A DNA stretch of 64,000 nucleotides. Source: Prorocentrum cordatum. Taxonomy: Eukaryota. Below are positions 62,801 to 64,000 of this stretch, piece by piece. The notes beneath the pieces are model-generated. The model searched no databases. It was not told the origin of the DNA and worked only from the letters and a program-made list of their open reading frames with translations. The stretch lies in the NCBI GenBank assembly GCA_963575745.1, contig CAUYUJ010000290.1:1-64000 (forward strand). Direction: 5' to 3'. Each line of letters begins with the position of its first letter. Within the stretch, counting starts at the first letter, position 1. The translations under genes and the position numbers were made by a program.

Positions 62801-64000
62801 GATGGAGTCGTTCTGGCTATCGTCCGACACGTGGAACGAGTCCAGGGATATGTTGCTGATATCGCTGGCAGCTGCGTGCTGGAGCAGAAGCGGTTCAGCG
62901 TCGGCCGCGGGCTGGTCACACGTGGCGTTTTGGGCGGGGGGGCCAGCGGGCGGTGGTAGGTTTAGCGGTTCCATCGGTGCCGCGGCGAGCTCCGCCTCGA
63001 CAAGCGGCTGCAGGTCTGGCGGGTGGTGCGAGATCGCATCCACGAGATACGCCAGGGCGTCTCGGTCGGGCGGAGGGAGGCCTCTTGGCAGCAAGGCGTG
63101 GGCCCGTGAGAGGTATGGCGGCAGTGGTGCCGCGAAAGCCTCAGGGCCGACGAGCTGGGCACGAGCGCCCTGGTATTCCAGAAGGAGGCCAAGGTAGCGG
63201 GTGGGGTACTCGTGGCTGCCCTGGATACGAGTGAGGTTGCGGTTGGTGCGCTGTCTGTCGGGGCCCGCTCTGTGCCAGATATCCTCGCACATGTCGACCG
63301 CGGTGCGGTGGCGCAGGGCGTCGTTTTTCTCCGCGGAGTCCTCCTGGAAAAGGTGGTCGTACTGTGGCAGATGGAGCGTCGCCAGGACGTGCGGGACGCA
63401 GTCCTCGAGCCATGCCCAGTAAACGTCCTGATGGTCCTCACCTGGTGCCCACGCCGCGGCGCACGGGATGAGCCGTGCTCGGATGTTCATCAGGTGCCAG
63501 AAGGCGGGGTCCTCATCAGGTTCACCCCTGGCGCACAGAGGGGAAGCGGGACTCTCTGTGTTGCTGGTAGTCAGGCCGTGTGCGTGGGTGCTAAGCACGG
63601 CCATAATTAGCAGCCCACATAGCGTGTTGGGCTCCACGGTGATGCACAGGTAGGGCACGAGGAGCCAGATGGCTCGCAGCGAGGCGCCTGTGGTCTGTGG
63701 GGGCCACGGTGGAGCCGTCTGCGGCGCTGGCTCAGCGGCGTGGTTTCCAGCGTGGCACGACCCACCGCTGTCAGTAATTTCGAAGCTGTCAGGTCGGCAC
63801 GCTGCGGGGGTGCCACACTCTGGAGGGTACACGGTGCGACGTACGGCGGCAGGCGTCGTGGTCGGTGATAACTCTCGCAGGTGGTCGTGCGCGGCGTGCG
63901 TTGCCTCATGCGGGGGTGGTGGCAGCCAGGGCACTGCAGCGGGGCTGAAGCCGCCACTGCGTGCCTGGGCCTTGCCAGCGGCCCTGTCGAGGATATGCTG
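50811..64000 (-). mobile_element. LINE retrotransposon with RNase H; 5-prime end lies outside the window
   Basis: The ORF above plus about 360 nt of putative 3-prime UTR ending at a (TC)n tract. Confidence 0.85.
51173..64000 (-). CDS. Non-LTR retrotransposon (LINE) single ORF of over 4270 codons: long N-terminal region, APE endonuclease, RT, CCHC-like finger, RNase H
   Basis: The frame is open to the window edge. SLNITSL, ALQETRH, GGVAIL, CMDANT, SRIDYV (EN about 55910-56730); AGGLDGW, LDRQKCFD, GHLQGSSWS, FVDD (RT about 53870-54780); CRYC..ETQEH...C; ATDGAC, VAE, VDNQ, KVASH, NRQADALA (RNase H about 52330-52780). Confidence 0.93.
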   Translation of the reverse strand, partial: QHILDRAAGKAQARSGGFSPAAVPWLPPPPHEATHAAHDHLRELSPTTTPAAVRRTVYPPECGTPAACRPDSFEITDSGGSCHAGNHAAEPAPQTAPPWPPQTTGASLRAIWLLVPYLCITVEPNTLCGLLIMAVLSTHAHGLTTSNTESPASPLCARGEPDEDPAFWHLMNIRARLIPCAAAWAPGEDHQDVYWAWLEDCVPHVLATLHLPQYDHLFQEDSAEKNDALRHRTAVDMCEDIWHRAGPDRQRTNRNLTRIQGSHEYPTRYLGLLLEYQGARAQLVGPEAFAAPLPPYLSRAHALLPRGLPPPDRDALAYLVDAISHHPPDLQPLVEAELAAAPMEPLNLPPPAGPPAQNATCDQPAADAEPLLLQHAAASDISNISLDSFHVSDDSQNDSIHDTETQDPDGTPPPSDAAQRDRDSDPHTGRSRSRSSAPNNSAQADPSAQLSDAEGATAADEPGHATAPPAPTSPRSGGFSPAAALAGPGRLQTSGGRTPSRTLVRRANSTDSNSSPVDHWQAGLDNDPIEDADPDASGSHEAPHSAAASRRCGCLICLFAVTYAILVAMPYQDQIDGHLPTPSRDPSYRQRRRREAAAPGPSVSTTPRRTIAYDAATALRGLLRWTSAKLRDTVSGGASAVGSGLWGALKWASGKLGAIATGGVVCGLLLVGAKLLAQGAVGHVGARICARVLDSPTAQWCLRCCQPIRSPRDEAPHTLPRTHPDDPESQHVHPLRHPLLQEHYAAAVAAAVADVTTATTAAIVEVTAAVSRASSVTPRSTSPSPRDGPTSGAASGNPPTHEADAAQATDAEASEARERALDGDGVHGAPDDEADASNARGSSSDMDTQPPRRRARHASPARPQAPSGPGTPHPALWPPTRNLRSTIQRDPAVPVPPTSILTSLYQNGFALGNSGVTTEDIEDALRLHDHPRFTHDPTLQALAPWTDIMQRPPNRLTWVLEDSGGNSGETIFPYLTWDLRAPTTDTPTVFWHGTRGDLAARLAFNGGHLLPGPRREAKGRTATNVDRTYVGVHPSLAAWYAVPPHPPRSLEDDTLAWGPIALWMCEATKPPRGENWHNFVNGEAHGARLIYPRVLGLLIRMDWCAPTEAASRCRALPHTCGMGDCTHALHIAGFDHPDLREAAEARDQEAKIWRRLDTAAAWPPPQALYSPEAARAWATQHYDTEAATRADPNQPRPRASLRKLQLDPQPLIDLVYTATAQAVPERGQSDVRAPRPSGSSPGAASGPSHTSQPGAASGHSPDRSPTASGADDRRTPSLISAAAALARGHARSRRSASRSSRQSGGNSASDSSDIDTWEHIETEEEPTAYHVLAFHVRDVRSRVNAPGVEVWLDPGEHHDGAYLPWGATVVGHRVTDPAVAGRDGWVILHHDHGDTTTRLWAPTQVHVKADDTWRTVMIAADLGPQWIQRHADDARLPAEAVRTTGQSWFADVWPLWDRPRPHPDDAVTDEQAFPPLPGRWICLQCRFQCCQYCAARRNTQLGTSGQPTCPDCSLSGLRAPMDWSTDYSCNSWTCVYSTDDRAADTCCLSSRCPHPPRPHSLFDVRATGMPPHILARQYGNAPAQHDLMEPPRAPSGPGGEPPQPGQAGYQGQWYLPPRPRRVPKQGLPDGTRRPPGFTGTGMPEDPSPDQPLWKEGYVLFGPHQALKEDFIFNKAVRRPYSLAITNMYRDRVTVRTVCESIAERIHTTRTRWRDVVLYWDAEGGPGPQALDYDMRLCDAMVSRATTEAELNHDRSNRGSFCLYGPAHQRAVNITVLPEPQNIDFVEHVRRYSPDGETYPDHAFEHVYQGWRRPDVPPILPDTRPLSRADQQRYQQHQQRTQQRDQRDAGQPSTPRNRSPARVPTGDRAVYGGGAAYHRGPIGARPAAAGAAASSYGHVPHARVHPAVVGYPRALAQAPPRATSPAPGSTRAWGHYPGRHDSTASNQSAAAPPAASAQGAAPSRGRTGRPEGWREANVRAWQPRQHTPPPNVAAAQRPAQAKPAPPERERQPLVPLVLTHTQAHHSASPRHSEGSAHRVSPRPDAADPDQAAASAAGGTGGSRPPSPAPSAAPIRSPSRADSARANAQAASPRDRHTGGRVPRSRPSSRHSSRKPPGSSTSSPPRETQADAQAPEVVPRFGAGAKDPNEVDLEPTPSTDQELPPLTRVVAPDEAPTFDPYKHKYSVKDLAAGFGGGSPLSPQSHGGAPATSAAAAAAAAPRGVSPVRNASLTAAGMDEAQRQATDRAARHAQLVADALAGRAPPLPQGPPPEASAEGAHEQAVPADAAHHGTDGAGAPPQDGPAVSRAQYSRARCAAAAPRCRRWFAFALALGRMDRGSAPHGTGVRRFFRCIFADVYEPPPAQRRPCLAYIFGPTAASAPSKPICCDAMSSYCGQASYLGDGQAALHRAGRANPSSTDGDGPGRSIHLVSLNITSLPANWPTITALGVDHNAAVIALQETRHAKPTRQAIATNAANPHHGGYQASLGPDLDLARAQRKAAHGGTDHTVEGNTGASGGVAILSKDAIVDSTVDDIATCIATLKAKKRWHEVFLPLCTQHRRRRRRNNHGPAGIYIASLYGVAGGDSTDIFRLADCAAARVGSAPYFICMDANTNIDDNPHLLHMMQHGWSNVAEGTPDHTMHTYGNIPDWDRVTKCPRTSRIDYVIANQAARSLVTDFCYLRDLPAKSHVGLQVTLDLSRLDHTAPRLLAPTPYPPNDGAHEDHELQALGTHIAGRYHDRIEQAGARDDVERMFALANEASHEYHLTRLRDLPPPPPDHPKKAPTMHGLTPTFEERPAVPRAFPTYGASTIHMNRLRKLHRQLCELRFIGLHHHMDCRAIPPHLAQRIDCTWAAARLLCHKLRPTALLAFPDAWTPDVPAPRGEQLDRLIQNLDSELARRANRAKAERIKIWSEGVREPSGRKAAIYARAADCSPTAYLRTPTTPDDAQLHCDITAFNPDQASTDDSDADTDAGGFSPGDGSSPDTDNDDGPIRGPLPAQVPDALPANAIVANTKDMLKLMVDTWEPILGTYRARAGHDAEAMPTWADFYDEYRQELPTPSPAAPFHLTDDQLIHFIRTRSPRRAGGLDGWTTKEAKELPDDILRLFASVLRAMQRTGTIPEPLLHVPNPCLRKGRGELPTDQRLLSVLSVWMYAWEAPAYRSLTTWRQGWTHATSFGAVPKATIGDVSTSLALRIEHARTLLLPLAGAALDRQKCFDYLITDICLNLALHAGCPQDIVTVRRNFYRHHKRYIRMNGAYSRDLARTNGHLQGSSWSLDDIKLLMCVWTKRQHRYVPRSLSTTFVDDSNSTTHTAPELQKSLDETAKFDRFSGQRIHPGKVAGWALTDELHAAVTQLTLADRPLRVVDSFKLVGSYINAEAAPAPAALNLTATADARVRRATIRLPRIGKLPSPMLIKARHARSLAASVCTTGTDIQAPSGPAKTAYNHALKAAIRPKGNKWVEFWTLMAVCVPGHALEIDAITQREAFLCLRRQVNRDVTLCGLARDLQHHVQTLFGGGPVGRLVQSLQQLRWTWPTFGIMYDDWGCPISWLNLPQNAFLHMLRASQRRAFLRKIKPRRHDLGYLASVRQGLDLFASTWLARTKGAAKCTAWQLALLLNYLSGGDHTQQRRSRSNTSADPSPMCRYCDEEEETQEHTVRDCKCWARERVPLTTLISDDQWARLPPHTRHCGLFDEDPALLDLQADLARDPLPQPIPRPPPEGDPAAPAQDTYTTYLDNDTGWTWVYAATDGACTNQAIPLLARAGYGVYYGIDHRMNYSARVHGLTQNAQVAETLAIVHRTACAERPVHVFVDNQAVVDGFQSIIDGHPAPQGTHAELWARIHRCVMAKPDMFRVEKVASHLGDLGIDLGLIGPIAEEFNRQADALATAAARTHNLPDDIVEAAKTRHRQATVLHGVAVAIYERRHRTLPLPHRRAGFTAAELSKMEPNPLLSDQAPPAAGPDIPQNPDELWAEAQRAMYDEQEDDPFGFGGGLDFLDDGPASANLAPSGNRTTPTSTPPPRAVPHPHDDVAHLQDADADFYDPLGLGGSIDDVPLTPHAADDAASSSRHPVTRPTSEPSHGIMIGPSVPPTPSPHQRQPAGAASAPPQGTEPVRPSRPVHAPTVAGCEAAAPPPSWGVAPAASALGPRDALQSPRHGDGRQRTDRRTALVHHLARRTDDLVPAARPAAAGTEQPPRTEREAELSQSMAALQQRRAALAADLAAAQARQGPLLQRLHRAGRAFAELLTPPPDGAAPPLTLHAMLSSLRGAPPGAPR

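Overview
GC-rich, microsatellite-laden eukaryotic DNA, inferred to be from a dinoflagellate. The evidence is relics of the 22-nt spliced leader DCCGTAGCCATTTTGGCTCAAG, a GA-AG intron and cytosine-methyltransferase-bearing retroelements. Main contents: (1) A five-exon FMN-dependent azoreductase (AzoR/AcpD-like)-SAM fusion gene (1803-4981) preceded by a relict spliced leader. Its introns 1-3 have no canonical splice dinucleotides at the junctions that restore the protein. Each is bounded instead by its own terminal inverted repeat plus a 5-6 bp direct repeat. (2) MITE-like and fold-back repeats, a truncated LINE ORF1-like gene and an isolated CDC5L-like exon. (3) A young, intact Ty1/copia element (17280-26413, minus strand) with identical 169-bp LTRs, a CTTCC target duplication and a DNMT-like domain. 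(4) A 15.6-kb tyrosine-recombinase retrotransposon with split direct repeats (33169-48782). Its frameshifted polyprotein encodes TM/gag, CCCH, an OTU-like Cys protease, a C5-MTase, RT, RNase H, a second MTase remnant and YR, followed by a dsRBD-like/RRM/Zn-finger cargo. (5) A very long single-ORF LINE (51173 to beyond 64000, minus strand) with EN-RT-RNase H, an ART-like domain and about ten copies of a UUCA-loop hairpin. All domain calls are by-eye motif recognition; no searches were run.
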